A stretch of DNA of 64,000 nt from Octopus sinensis. Taxonomy: Eukaryota. Location of the stretch: assembly GCF_006345805.1 (NCBI RefSeq), contig NC_043006.1:37076001-37140000 (forward strand). The letters run 5' to 3'. Shown in pieces: positions 12,760 through 25,776 of the stretch (positions are counted from its first letter, which is position 1; every line of letters begins with the position of its first letter). The position numbers and the translations under genes were made by a program. The notes under the pieces are model-generated. The model was not told the origin of the DNA, did not search any database, and saw only the letters and a list, made by a program, of their open reading frames with translations.

Positions 12760-13908
12760 GACTATATATACAACGTATAGAAGGTGGTAGAGGCCTTATA
12801 CAGCTGGAAAACTACTATAAATAACCACCATAGGACTGCAAAAATACCTACTTCAGAAGGAAGGAAAACTGATCCAGATAGCAGCAAAACACGAGCAAAC
12901 AAAACGTTCTCAGTATTTAAGGAAGCTGACAAATACAAACAAGAAATCATACCACCTAATAAACACAAAGAAGAAGAAAAGAAGATGATGAAGAAACAAC
13001 AAAAGCTATAAAACAAATGAAATCCAAACTAAAAGAACAGCAACGAGCCATGAGAAAACGATGGCAAGAAAAGCCCCTTCATGGTAAATACTGGACTAAA
13101 CTAAACGCCAAAAGAAATAGACAAAAAAAAAATCCCAGCAATGGTTGAGAAGCTCAGGACTCAAAGCAGAACAGAGGATTTTAATTGCAGCACAAGACCA
13201 AAGCCTCCCCACCAGAAATTAACCAAAACATGTAATGAAAAGAAATATTACAAGTAACTGCAGAATATGTGGAGATGGACAAGAAACAATAAATCATATT
13301 ATCTCTAGCTGCCCAGTCCTGGCTAAGAAGGAATATATTCACAGACATGACAGAGTTGGAACCTACATACATTGGAAGCTATGCCAACATTATGGAATAA
13401 CAACAGAAAAAATAATGGTATAGGCACACACCAGAAAAGGTCACAGAAACGAGAAAGCAACCATACTCTGGGATATGCCGATACACACAGATATAGAAAT
13501 TAAGGCCAACAGACCAGATATAGTTGTCAGAGATCATGAAGAAAAAAAATGCTTTCTAATTGATGTATCAATACCGGCAGAATGACAACGGTGTCTCTAA
13601 AAGAAATGGAGAAACTCTCAAAATACAAGACCTGGAAATAGAGGTAACTAGAATGTGGAACCTGAAAACAGAAACGTGCATTAGGCATGATAAAAAATAT
13701 TCAGACAAATACATAACAAAAACACCAGGACTTACAAACACAATATAACATACATAAAATTGCACTACTAGGCACTGCACACATCCTACGCAGAACACTT
13801 TCCATACATAACCATCAAGCATCACAACAAATCACAGCACATACCCAAGGCACACAGATCTGCGCTCGGTAGTGAAGTGAAAGCACGCTATAAAAATAAA
13901 ACTACTGA
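12760..13908 (+). mobile_element. Second, slightly longer 5'-truncated copy of the same R4/Dong subfamily, in tandem
   Basis: Highly similar to 11687-12660 and extends about 190 bp further 5' (LYIQRIEGGRGLIQLE). It carries many 1-bp indels and lacks AATTCCTATCATAGTAG. Flanked by (AAT)n. Confidence 0.92.
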
Positions 13909-14006
13909 ATAATAAACAATATAATAATAATAATAATAATAAAATAATAATAATAATAATAATAATTAATTAATTAATAATAATAATAATAATAATAATA
14001 AATCAA

Positions 14007-14047
<41 letters not shown>

Positions 14048-14049
14048 TA

Positions 14050-14084
<35 letters not shown>

Positions 14085-15737
14085 TAGCAGAAAATATGAG
14101 AAGCTTTATATGGGATAGCATGAAATGGTGGAAAACGGAATTGACAGCAGAGAATCAAGAAATGTAGGATAGTAAATGGGGCACGAGCAAGAAAGAAGAC
14201 TTTAGTTGTTGGCTGGATAGATTACAGCTGGGGCTACGACAATGTTCCATAGTGCTGGCTCTTGGAATACCCAAGGACGTTTGGAGTCAATGAAAAGATA
14301 AACCGCTTTTTGGAAAAAGTAATGAGAGTGGGGGAAGTAGAACTGACATGTGCAAATGAATCGCTAGAAAATGTAAAAATACTCCAGGGCATTTTCCCAG
14401 AGAAGCTAGCTCCCTTTCTGTAACTCTTCTGTCATTACGTTAATCCCTCTGACAAGTGTACTAAGAAAATCCAGGCCAGGTTATGAGTTTACCAAAAGCC
14501 ATGGTGTAAATGAATCACCTACTGTACATGGATGACCTCAAACTATACACAAAATGTGAAAAAGACTTGGATTCTCCAATCTAAACAGGAAGAGTATTCA
14601 GCAAAGATATTGGAATGCACTTTGTGGTAAATAAGTGCGTTGAGCTAATTATGAAGGGAAGCCGAAAGGTAAACTCAGCATAAAATAACAACAAAACAAC
14701 GCCATTAGATTGCTGTGAAATAATGAAGGATACAAATACTTAGAGGTTTTGCAAGACGATAAGCTAATGGAAGGAGAAATGAAAGTGAAAAATCACCAAA
14801 GTGTACAAGATAAGAATTAGGAAGGTGCTTAATTAAAATTAAACGGAGGGACTATCATTAAAGCGATAAATACATGGCTTAAGCCTGTATTAAGATACTT
14901 TGCTCCCTTTCTAAAATGGACAAAGGTGGAGCTACAGAACTTAAATAGAACAGAAAGCTGCTTACAATGCACAACACACAGCACCCTAAGATCAATACCG
15001 AGAAAGGAAGAAAGCAGAAGATTACTAAACGCAAAAGACACCGTTCGTGCTGCGATATTAGGTTTGAAAACGTATGTTATTCGAAGTGAAGATATGCCTA
15101 AACACTTACTGAAACAGTCAGAGAATTCAAGAATGGTAGAAAGAACAGTGTAAGCAGATAGAAAGGAATAGAATTACATGGTCAATTGATGCAGCAAACC
15201 GAAGATGTTGGAAGTAGAGAACACTGGCCCTAACTGACAGATGGAAACCTGAAACGAGAGATCGAAGCGGTAATTATAGCTGTTCAGGAGCAAGCCATTA
15301 GGACGAATCTGATAAAAGCAAAGATTGCTATGTGCAGGAAAAGGAGACGAAAGAGTGAATCATCTCTTGAATGAATGTAGTAAGCTAGCACAAAAAGAGT
15401 ATAGGTGCAAACATGACTTTGTAGGTTAAAGAGTGCATTGGGGTGTTAGCCGAGTGTGTGGTTTTGAAATAACAGGAAAGTAGTATAAACACAAACCAGA
15501 GGCTATGATAATAAGAATTACAGGATCTTATGGGACTTCCTCATAAGGTGCAGGCGTGGCTGTGTGATAACAAGCTTGCTCCCAACCCACATGATTCCGT
15601 GTTCAGTTCCACTGTGTGCTATCTTTGGCAAGTGTCTTCTACTATTATAGCCACGGGCCGACCAAAGCCTCGTGTGTGGTTTTGGTAGACAGAAACTGAG
15701 ATAAACTCGCGTATATATGTGCGCGAGTGCACACACG

Positions 15738-15825
<88 letters not shown>

Positions 15826-16600
15826 GGGGGGTATTTATGTATGTCTTTGTGTCTGTGTTTGTTCTCTACCACTACTCGACAACCAGTGCTGCTGTGTTTA
15901 CGTCCTCGTAACTTGGCGGTTCGGCAAAAGAAAACGATAAAACAAGTACCAGGCTTTTAAAAAATAAGTCGATACATTCGACTAAAATCTTTTCAAGGCG
16001 GTGCCCCAGCATGGCAACAGTTTAATGACTGAAACAGGTAAAAGATAAATGATAAATGATAAAAGTGACTATTGACGAAAGAAGACCAGATATGATTTAT
16101 GGAGATACGGAGTAAGATCATAGACTTTGCAATTTCCGATGATAACGGATATGTATTCAAGAGTCGCTAACAAAAAGTCAACCACTTGTTATTCATGGAT
16201 GACCTCAAACTTTATGGTAAAGATGAATCCCAAGTCAGGTCACTCGATGCGGTGTATACTTTCAGTGCTGATATCAGAATGGAGTTGGGACTGAAAACGA
16301 AATTGAATTAAAAGCTGATAAATATGAGAACCTAGTCAGAGAGCTGAAGAGACTGCAGAAAACTAAGACGACAATTATTCTTCTGGTAATTGGTGGTCTT
16401 GCCACAACACTCAAAATGCTATCCAAAAGACTCAAAGAGATTGGAACTGAGATTCTCATTGTTGACACCTGCAGAAAGCTAATATTCTGCATTTTGTAAG
16501 AATCCTAAGAAAGATTCTTGAGATTTGAGGAGAGTTGTCACAAAACCCAGGATAACATTCTTGCTAATTGAATAGGCAATTAATTGCCCTATAAATAATG
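14085..16600 (+). mobile_element. Old degenerate R4/Dong LINE (third subfamily), interrupted by an F2 SINE and a 151-bp foreign insert
   Basis: Broken RT motifs (WIDYS..., LIPLTSVLRKSRPGYEF, NHLLYMDDLKLYTK). ILWDF at about 15525, then RRPDMI...IIDFAISDDN...ADKYENL...RILRKILEI* (stop 16526-16528). Confidence 0.8.
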
Positions 16601-17004
16601 GTTTCTTTTATTTGCCACAAGAGTGTAGATGAGTAATAATAATTACAAACTCACAAGCGCAAGAGGTCAGTGACATATGTCATGAGGAGAAATAAAGAAA
16701 TGGTAAAAGAAAACGAAAATGACCCATGACAGTTTTATGGCAATTCAACAGAAGAAAATGTTATTTGGCAAACGCGGCTGGGTTTAATAAGATCAAGACA
16801 GTTTGAATACGAAAGCAAAGCACCAGTCGGGCGTCGCCGCACGCACTCACGCACGCACACATACACACAGACGCCCACTCACGCACACACACAGGACTAA
16901 ATACGTGAACTTTCGCACACACCGCTGTGTCCACCCCCTGTAGAAATACGTGCCCATGAGCACAACCGTACAACCGTGCACATATACAGACATACTAGCC
17001 GTCA

Positions 17005-17057
<53 letters not shown>

Positions 17058-17059
<2 letters not shown>

Positions 17060-17452
17060 AGGCGACATTGCCCGGTGATTAGGGCAGCGGGTTCGCAGTC
17101 GTAGGATCGCGGTTTTGATTCCCAGACCGGGCGTTGTATTTATTGATCGAAAACACCTAAAGCTCCACGAGGCTCTGGCAGGTGGGTGGGTGGGGGTGGC
17201 GAACCCTGCTGTACTCTTTCACCACAACTTTCTCTCACTCTTTCTTCCTATCTCTGTTGTACCTGTATTTCAAAGGGCCAGCCTTGTCACACTCTCTGTC
17301 TCGCTGAATCTCTCCGAGAACTACGTCAAGGGTACACGCGTCTGTGGCGTGCCTAGCCACTAGCACGTTAATTTCACGAGCAGGATATTCCGTTGATCGG
17401 ATCAACTGGAACACTGATCGTTGCAACTGACGGAGTGCCACCACCACACACA
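17058..17452 (+). mobile_element. tRNA-derived SINE (family F4)
   Basis: tRNA-like head GGAGGCGACATTGCCCGGTGATTAGGG...GGTTTTGATTCCCAGACC, a unique body, and a tail ending GACGGAGTGCCACCACCAC into (CA)n. Confidence 0.7.
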
Positions 17453-17495
17453 CACACACACACCACACACACACACACGCACGCACGCACACACG

Positions 17496-17530
<35 letters not shown>

Positions 17531-17536
17531 ACATAC

Positions 17537-17571
<35 letters not shown>

Positions 17572-17869
17572 AACATACATACATACACAAACATATATAT
17601 ATATGTGTGTGTGCGTGTGTGTGTCTTTGTGTCTGTGTTTGTCACCCTATCACCGCTTGACAACCGGTGTTAGTGTGTTTACTTCCTCGTTGTCTAGCGG
17701 TTCAGCAAAAGAGACCGATAGAATAACTTCTAGGTTATAAAAAATAAGTTCTGGGGTTGATTTGTTCGACGAAAACTCATCAAGGCGGTACTTCAGCATG
17801 ACCGCAGTCAAGTGACTAAAACAAGTGAAAAAAATAAATAAATAAAAGAACAGTGATTTTCTATTTTCT

Positions 17870-18290
17870 ATTTTGGTGTTTACATTTTCTTTATTTATAT
17901 AACTACACCTTAAACATTGTGTAATTAAATGGAATGTTTTTGTATATCAGAAAAATGGAGCCCCTGTAATTTTCAAGGTCGACAAACAAAGACGCTGACA
18001 CACTTAATCCGCAGTTGGTTTGAAAGGATACAAGATACAATGGATTAGTTAGCTACACAGTATCACAGCAGTGTATTATTAAATAGAGCAGACGATAAAT
18101 CTGATCGCGATGTAAGAAGCTTTGTTTACAAACAATAATACGGCTGGCCAATCAAAATCAATAGACAGAGCTCGTCGATGGAGGATAGTCATTAGTGCGC
18201 ATGCTCAAATTTAAGTAGTCTGCGTCTGCAGACTGCACTGTTTTTCGATTTTTTTTACACCCATATACGTACATATGCACTAGCACACAC
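17870..18290. promoter_or_regulatory. Repeat-free island with CCAAT and NRF1-like motifs (possible promoter or enhancer)
   Basis: GGCCAATC at about 18146-18153 and TGCGCATGC at 18196-18204. Motif match only. Confidence 0.2.
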
Positions 18291-18448
18291 TCTTTCTCAC
18301 ACACAAACACATTCACTCATATATATAACTATAGACGCATTCTTTATCTATATATCTGCTTATTTGTCGTTGTCTTTCTTCCTTTTTATACTATGCTCCA
18401 CACGCGCGCGCGCACAGAAGCATATACATACATACATACATACATACA

Positions 18449-18479
<31 letters not shown>

Positions 18480-19310
18480 GTATTTATGTATGAATAAGTA
18501 CATAAATGAAACTCTGAAGTCTATCTGATATAAATATCTCATGCAAGTAATGTCAGCTTAATGGAAGACATTTATGGGCAATACTTTCAGAACCAACAAT
18601 TTTCTATATTCTTCGATTATAGAATTGTATTTTGTACCTATAATCATTGATTTCAAACAGAGACACAAGGCCTCTTTATGTTATCGATCCCGGAAGGTGG
18701 AAAGCAAAGTTAACCTCGGAAGGATTTTAAATCTGAGCGAACAGGAACTTAAATGCCACGCAGCATCTGACGCCATTTCACCGAATTCATCAAAGAATTG
18801 CCACTGTAACATTTCGTTTTTTGTTACATAAGCAAATGTTTAAGCAGTAACTTCGAAGTTGTGTTTTATAGGCAAAGGCACAACACTGAGAGATGATGTT
18901 TTTTTCATTAAACATAGTCTATCTTTCTGGAGCCGTATGGCCTAATGTTTAGGGTGTTCTCACGATCTTGCAATTGTGGTTTCAATCCGTGGGTCAGGTT
19001 ATGCGTTGCGTTGTTTTCTTGAGCAAAACACTTCATTTCATGTTGCTTCACTTCACTCATCTGTAAACGAGTAAACTCTGTAACAGTGCAGGAATGTTCG
19101 GATTTCGGTTACTTTTACGCCATAGAAACCAGGTTATCGAGTAACTGACAATACTTACTTTTAATTCTTTAGTTCTGTGTTGTTAACTCAGGGATCGACG
19201 AGCGATTTCCTTGTGCAATTTTTAAGCAAGTACTGTGTGCACGACAAGAAATTTTAGAGGGAGAATATAAGGGCAGCGTTTCGTTATTTTTTTCTTTCTT
19301 TCTTTTGCTA

Positions 19311-19693
19311 TATTCTTTTCTACGCTAGGCACAATTTTTGGGGACAGGGCCAGTCGATTAGATCGACTCCAGTACGCAACTGATACTTAATTTATCGACT
19401 CCAAAAGGATGAAAGGTAAAGCCGACCTCGACGGAATTTGAACTCAGAACGTAATGAGATACGAAATACCTATTTCTTTACTACCCACAAGGGGCTAAAC
19501 ACAGAGGGGACAAACAAGGACAGACAAACGGATTAAGTCGACCCCAGTGCGTAACTGGTACTTATTTAATCGACCCCGAAAGGATGAAAGGCAAAGTCTT
19601 CCTCGGCGGAATTTGAACTCAGAACGTAGCGGCAGACGAAATACGGCTACGCATTTCGACCGGCGTGCTAACGATTCTGCCAGCTCGCCGCCT
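19311..19693 (-). mobile_element. Dimeric F1 SINE (full monomer with variant tail plus headless monomer)
   Basis: The variant tail (reverse complement of CTACCCACAAGGGGCTAAACACAGAGGGGACAAACAAGGACAGACAAACGGATTAAGTCG) joins directly to a second core lacking the A-box. The same architecture occurs at 54584-54965. Confidence 0.85.
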
Positions 19694-22600
19694 TTTTCTT
19701 TTGCTATATTAGCTCACAGATTGATAATCATTTCTAGTAAGTAAGCAAAACATTTTTGTATTGTTTATTCATGAAGGGAAAGTAAGAGTGCACCACAGCT
19801 GTTCTGAAACTGGTGAATGGGGGTGAGGAAGATACTTTAAAACTGAAATTTTGGCCCGAATGCTTGCAATGGACTCTGCTAAAAATACTTTAGGTGCCAA
19901 ACAATGGTGAAAAATTTACGATATTAAAAGCGTAAATGCGTGATTTTTGGCGGTTGTTTCTGATTATATTTCTGTGCATGTGATTTGTTGGTAAAATAAG
20001 CCTCACAGGGATCCTAGTTTCTTTTTATTTTAGAAAAATGTGAGGAATACCCGGATCGTTTCGAAGGATCTTGGATTTTCATCTGGAATGTTCCTCTCGA
20101 AAGTAATTTTGGGGAAGTTTTTCATTTCTTTTTTGGAAGACAACAATAAATATTGCACTTATGCGTAAGCGATGGTCGCTATAAAAAGAAATGAGTCCAA
20201 TAAAAAGTCATACTTTTCAGTATCAACACACCACCACCACCATCGCTATCTGCCTGCCCCCTCTCTCTCTCTTTCTCGCTCTCTCTCTCCCTCAATGTAA
20301 CTGCCTCCCCTGTCCATCTCTCTCTTTTAACATTTTAACCACACCACAGCACGTCGTTAACACTTCTCCCTCCTTTTTCTTTCGTCGTCTTTTTCTCTCG
20401 TTCTTCGCCTCTACCTTTAGCTAACCGCGCGACCATTTCGCCCAAGCGTATCAATATTAATCACCTTTCTCTACTTCCGCCTCTCTTATTTCTTCACTCC
20501 TCCCTCTCTTTCTCTCTCACTTACTCCACCACTCTAATGTATAACGGGCGAACGAACAAGCAGATTATCATATAGATTCAATGCTAAATGTGTACCTAGA
20601 GTGGGAGCAAGGAACGAGTACTCCGTCCCTGACGGCGCTTTTATGGGGGAAAGAACTTCTTGGTCTGCTCCATAAGCCTGTATAGGGTGCATTGAAATGC
20701 ATGTTGGGGTGGGATGGCAAGCTCAAAGGCTGTCCCGGGCCGCACATACTCCTACTTAGGTTGTTGATCAGTGCTATAACATTAATCACCACTCTGAGTT
20801 TCTGTGTTTCATGGATATTTATCGAGGCCAGTGTTATATGTATACTTGCATGTTTGTGTATGCATGTGGGTATGCAAGCGTGGTGTATGTGTGTGTGCGT
20901 GTGTATGCTCATGCGTGTGTAAGTGTGCGTATAGTTAGTTCAGTAGGTATGTGTGTATGTGTTGTATATTGAGAAATCTCTTGGGATATAAGATATGTAC
21001 TTCTTTATGCTTCTGTCCTTCTTTCTTTCTCACTCCAACCACAAACACACTCCCACACACATAGACTCATACGCATAGACACACATGGACACACACGCAC
21101 ATAGACACAAACTCACATTCGCACCCCCCCGCACACACAGACATACACGCACACAGACACACTTACACACATTCACACACGCGCACACACAAACGTACAC
21201 GCACACACAGACATGCACGCACACAGACACATACTCATAAACACACACGCTCACACGCACTCACACATGCATAAACACACAAACATATAGACACACACTC
21301 ATACACACACACACATGCACACAGACACACACACACGAGCGCGTACACATCCTCTCGGATATCTATCTCACATAATCAGAAAATATTTATATACTCGATA
21401 AATCGCAACATTATCAAGAATTCTTTCTTTTCTTCTTTTTTTCCCTTTTCTTTTTCATATTTGTCATTTACTCTTATATGACACCCTCCAACCCACCCAC
21501 CCGCCACCACCATTATACAACTTCCTAATTTTTTTTTTAGTATTTTATTCTATTTTATGCCTGTGACAGAGTTTTCGTCAGCCTCTACATATTAATAATA
21601 CAATAACCTTGTCGAACAGCTACGCTCTGCAAATAGATCAAGATATTTTCTTGAAATACTGGATAAATCGATGGACTGTTTCAAATTGGCAAATATCACT
21701 TGTTAGTTTGGCTTTTGTTATTATATTTTCTTAGTTGTCGTAGTCGTCGTAGCCATCCGTCACCCTCACCGCCATCGCTGCCCGCCACAGCATCACCACC
21801 TCCATCGCCATCACCGCCGCCGGCATCGCCACGCCGCCGCCGCCGCCGCCGCCGCCATCACCGCCGCCATCATCGTCATCATTGCTGTTTTTATTATGGA
21901 TACTCTTGTTGTTGCTGCTGTTTTTGCTGTTGACGTTAGTGTTGTTGTTCATTTTGCTGTTGTTGTTGTTGTTGTTATCGAGACATGGTTGTTATGGTTC
22001 TTGTTGCAGTTGTTGCTGTGAATGTTGTTGCGTTTTTGTTGTTTTTTAACATTGGCCCAGTTGTGGTCATTTTTGCATTTTCTGTTGTTAACGTTTTTGC
22101 TATTAATGTTTTTTTTTTGCGATTGGCGAGACATGGTCGTTGTGGTTTTTTTTGTGCTGTTGTTGTTGTAAATGTTGCTGTTCTTGTTATTTTCCTCGAT
22201 GTTTCCAATGTTCTTTATTGTTATTGCGATATGGTTGCTGCAGTTTTTGTTGTTGATGTGGTTAACGCCGTAATTGTGATTTCGCTTGTTGTTAGTGTTT
22301 GTCGCATGTGTTGTGTCCGTTGGTCTAAGGTGATGTCTGATTTAATAGATAAATGGAAATGTAATTTTTGAACTCTAAAAAGAAGATTTCATTATTGCAC
22401 ATAGGGTTTTATTTGTGTTGATCGCTTACAAAAAACAACAATAACTACATATTAGGAGAGACATTCTACTTGGAGTTTACGGCAAGATTACTGATACAGC
22501 GATCTGTGGATTGCCCATCAATTCTGAAAACAATTGTGCTATATTCGTGGTGATAGAGTTTCCTGTAGACAATCGGCTGTCTATCTTAATCGGTTGGTTG

Positions 22601-22899
22601 TAGCGAGAATGCAGTTGCCTCAGCATTCTGCAATTACCACTAAAAGCGCTCTTTTTATAGGACACAAGGAGAAGATTCTAGAAGATTGAATCACACAACG
22701 GGTTGACGCTTGTTGTTTGCTTAACAGACCGTTCACGTGATACTACTGTGGTTCGGTCGTGATGCATGATCGGTTGACTTGCAGTTCGGCTTCGAATCGC
22801 CACTACATGTTCTTGTTAATGTTGTTGCGCTTATTATTATTGATGGTTAGGGTTAAGTATGCCATGAGATTTTTTTCTCATAGTGCCAAACCTTAACCC

Positions 22900-23430
22900 A
22901 GTTTTTATGATCTATAAGTGAGTGGGATTACTACACTCTCTCTACTAAACCTGACGCCAGTCTGCCGCAGGTTTAACTTTCCACAATTGCTAGGACTCGT
23001 TTGCAGCTGGGTGGATTGGAACAACATGAAATGAAGTGCTTTGCTGAAGAACACAACACACTACTAACATATTTTCGAAGCTGGCAGGAGCGGATTCACA
23101 TGAACGAGTAATGACGAACTAGACTGATATCCGGGTAATATCGCCCTTAAATGAAGGATCATCTGAATGAACGACGCGAAACAATGTCCGAGTTATGTTG
23201 TTCTACGGGGAACCTCGCGACAGAGACTCCTTTTCACGCATTCCAGGAGACCAGAGGCCACCATTTGTGTCCTCCCACAGTTCCTGTCAGGTACAGTTAA
23301 CAATGTCCGGCAAGGGAGATAATTCACTATCTATCAAACTCGTAACTCATCACAGAATATCACAACCGCCTAGTATGGGAATCGAAACCGCCATCTTACT
23401 ATCGTGAATACACTACCCTAACCACTAGGG
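22900..23430 (-). mobile_element. tRNA-derived SINE (family F3) split by an approximately 280-bp insertion
   Basis: Reverse complement of the head (TAGTGGTTAGGG...GGTTTCGATTCC) at 23355-23430 and of the body (GTGTTCTTCAGCAAAGCACTTCATTTCATG) at about 22900-23065. Other F3 copies: about 18935-19080, 29481-29825, 31625-31800, 41330-42031, 51260-51510 and 55240-55480 (-). Confidence 0.7.
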
Positions 23431-24877
23431 AACATACATTTACTTTATTGTTGCTGGTTTTGTTATTAATGCTGTGGTTAAAGCGGCGAGCTGTCAGAAT
23501 CGTAAGCACGCCTGGCGAAACGCTTTGCAGCATTCCGTCCGTCCGTCTTTATGTTCTGAGTTCAAATTCTGCTGAGGTCGACTTTGTCTTTCATCCATTC
23601 AGAGTCGATAAATCAAGTACCAGTGAAATACTAGGGTCAATGTAATCGACTTACCCACTCTCCTCAGTCATTTATTCACACACAGTGTATCTAGGACCAC
23701 CTTATTCAATAAATCTTCCTATTTTTTAAGATGGTAGCATGTAATCTGAGGCATATATACTACTATTTCTAGCAGAACAGTGTATCCACATAGAGGCTCA
23801 CAGGTTGACACGTTGTTGTTCTGTACATGCTTAACCCTCAGAACAACCCTGGTCGAACACACCTATTTTCACTGACGTCCCAACCATGGCCATTCCGTAT
23901 ATTTGTATATATTTACATAACTACAATAGCGGTGGTTCTGGGTACGAATTTAAACTGCATCCAGTAGAGGAGCCATGATTCGGGAGTTCCAGGGATTTAA
24001 GGAGTATGGAACCGCCTCTTAGGCTCTAATGTTCCCAGATCTACTCTGACACGGAGTAGCCCGTCAGTTCTTGCCTACCTATACATGTGAAGACTGAATT
24101 CGGTGGACCCTGCAGAAGACATGTTCATGGTTCAACAGAGGGGAAGGTAGCTGTAGTGATGCATTGCGGAGTGCAGAGAACAGGATGAGGCAAGCAAGAC
24201 ATCTTGGTCATCCATAGCATCCGTCTCCATCCCCAAACATTTTTACCAGGTCTTGCCACTGGATTAAAGAAGGTTACAGACGACAGAGTGGGGTTGACAA
24301 TGGACAATTCTTCTTCACTTTAAACAAAGTCCTTCGCAAGTCATTAGTCATCCGCTAGGATGACGAGATGGCCCTCGTTGCTTTGAAGGGCAAACATGTA
24401 GCAGTGGTTGACTCGTATTTTATGTTATTGACCAGAAAAGGGTGGAAAGCAAAGTTGATCTTGGTGGAATATTTGCTTAGAACGTAAAGAATCGAACGCA
24501 GAAAGCAAGGCATTTTCTCCGACGATCTAATGATTCTAACAGTAGAAAAAAAATTGCCAAACGACGAAAAACACCAAAGAACATTGCAAACAAACGACAT
24601 CATCTCGAAGTTCAACTTGCAAAGACATCGGACGACACAAATACGATGAATAGCTTCTTAAAGAAGAACGACTTCTAAAAGAGACGGTATCTTACAAATA
24701 CAGATCTTTATTAAATGTTGAAATATAAAGAACATTAAACGGTCTTCATTAAAAGAAAGTCTCGCTAAATATTAATGAATTACATTGCTTTTCACTTAAA
24801 AAAATATTGAGATTATGCAAGAAATCTGAAGGAAAATACAATTACAAATAGTTATTTTCTTCAATTTGTAAACGCAA

Positions 24878-25269
24878 GCATGGTTGTGTATAGGCGCGGA
24901 CATGGCTTGGTATAGGCGCGGGCATGGCTGGGTATAATTGCAGGCATGGCTACGTATAGGGGCGGGCATGGCTGTGTATAGGCGCGAGCATGGCTACGTA
25001 TAGGCCGGGCATGGCTGCGTATAGAGGCGAGCATGGCTGGGTATAGGCGCGGGCATGACTCGGTATAGCGCAGGCATGGCTGGGTATAGGCGCGAGTATG
25101 GCTGTGCATAGTCGCAGGCGTGGCTCCGTATAGAAGCAGACATGGCTGGTTATAGGCGATGGCATGGCTATATATAGTCCCAGGCATGGCTGTGTATAGG
25201 GCAGGCATGGCTAGGAAAAGGGTGGCCATGGCTAGGTATAGTCCCAGGCATGGCTGCGTATATGGGCGG
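24878..25269 (+). repeat. 22-bp minisatellite, about 18 units, consensus GCATGGCTGNGTATAGGCGCRG
   Basis: Units counted by eye. The array runs directly into the head of an F2 SINE at 25270. Confidence 0.92.
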
Positions 25270-25430
25270 GCATGGGTGTGCAGCAAAGAAGCGTGCTTCA
25301 CAACAAAATGACTTCATGTTCAGTACCGGGTCGTGGCCCCTTGGTAAGTGTCTTGTACTATAACTTCGGACGGACTAATACGTTATGAGTGAATTTGGTG
25401 GACGGAATCTGTGGAAGTTCGTCGTGTATA

Positions 25431-25473
<43 letters not shown>

Positions 25474-25776
25474 CACACACACACACACACACAGAGTGAG
25501 TGGACAAACGAAAGAAAGAGGCACACAACACACTTGGTAGGATTTGCGTATATACTTTTCTACTCTAGGCACAAGGCTTGAAATTTTTCTTTTGCGGGGG
25601 CAGTCGATTAGATCGACACCAGTACGCAACTAGTACTTAATTTATCGACCTCGAAACGATGAAAGATAAAGTCGACCTCGGCGGAATTTGAACTCAGAAC
25701 GTAAAGGCAGACGAAATAACGCTAAGCATTTTGCCCGGCGTGCTAACGTTTCTGTCAGCTCGTCGCCTTAGGATTT

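Noticed and set aside
23135-23195. Hammerhead-like CTGAATGA...GCGAAACAATGTCCGAG
   Set aside because: Core spacing is wrong, and helices I and II do not pair convincingly.
24878-25269. CRISPR-like appearance of the 22-bp array (also 29149-29258)
   Set aside because: Units are contiguous with no unique spacers, there are no cas genes, and the context is eukaryotic.
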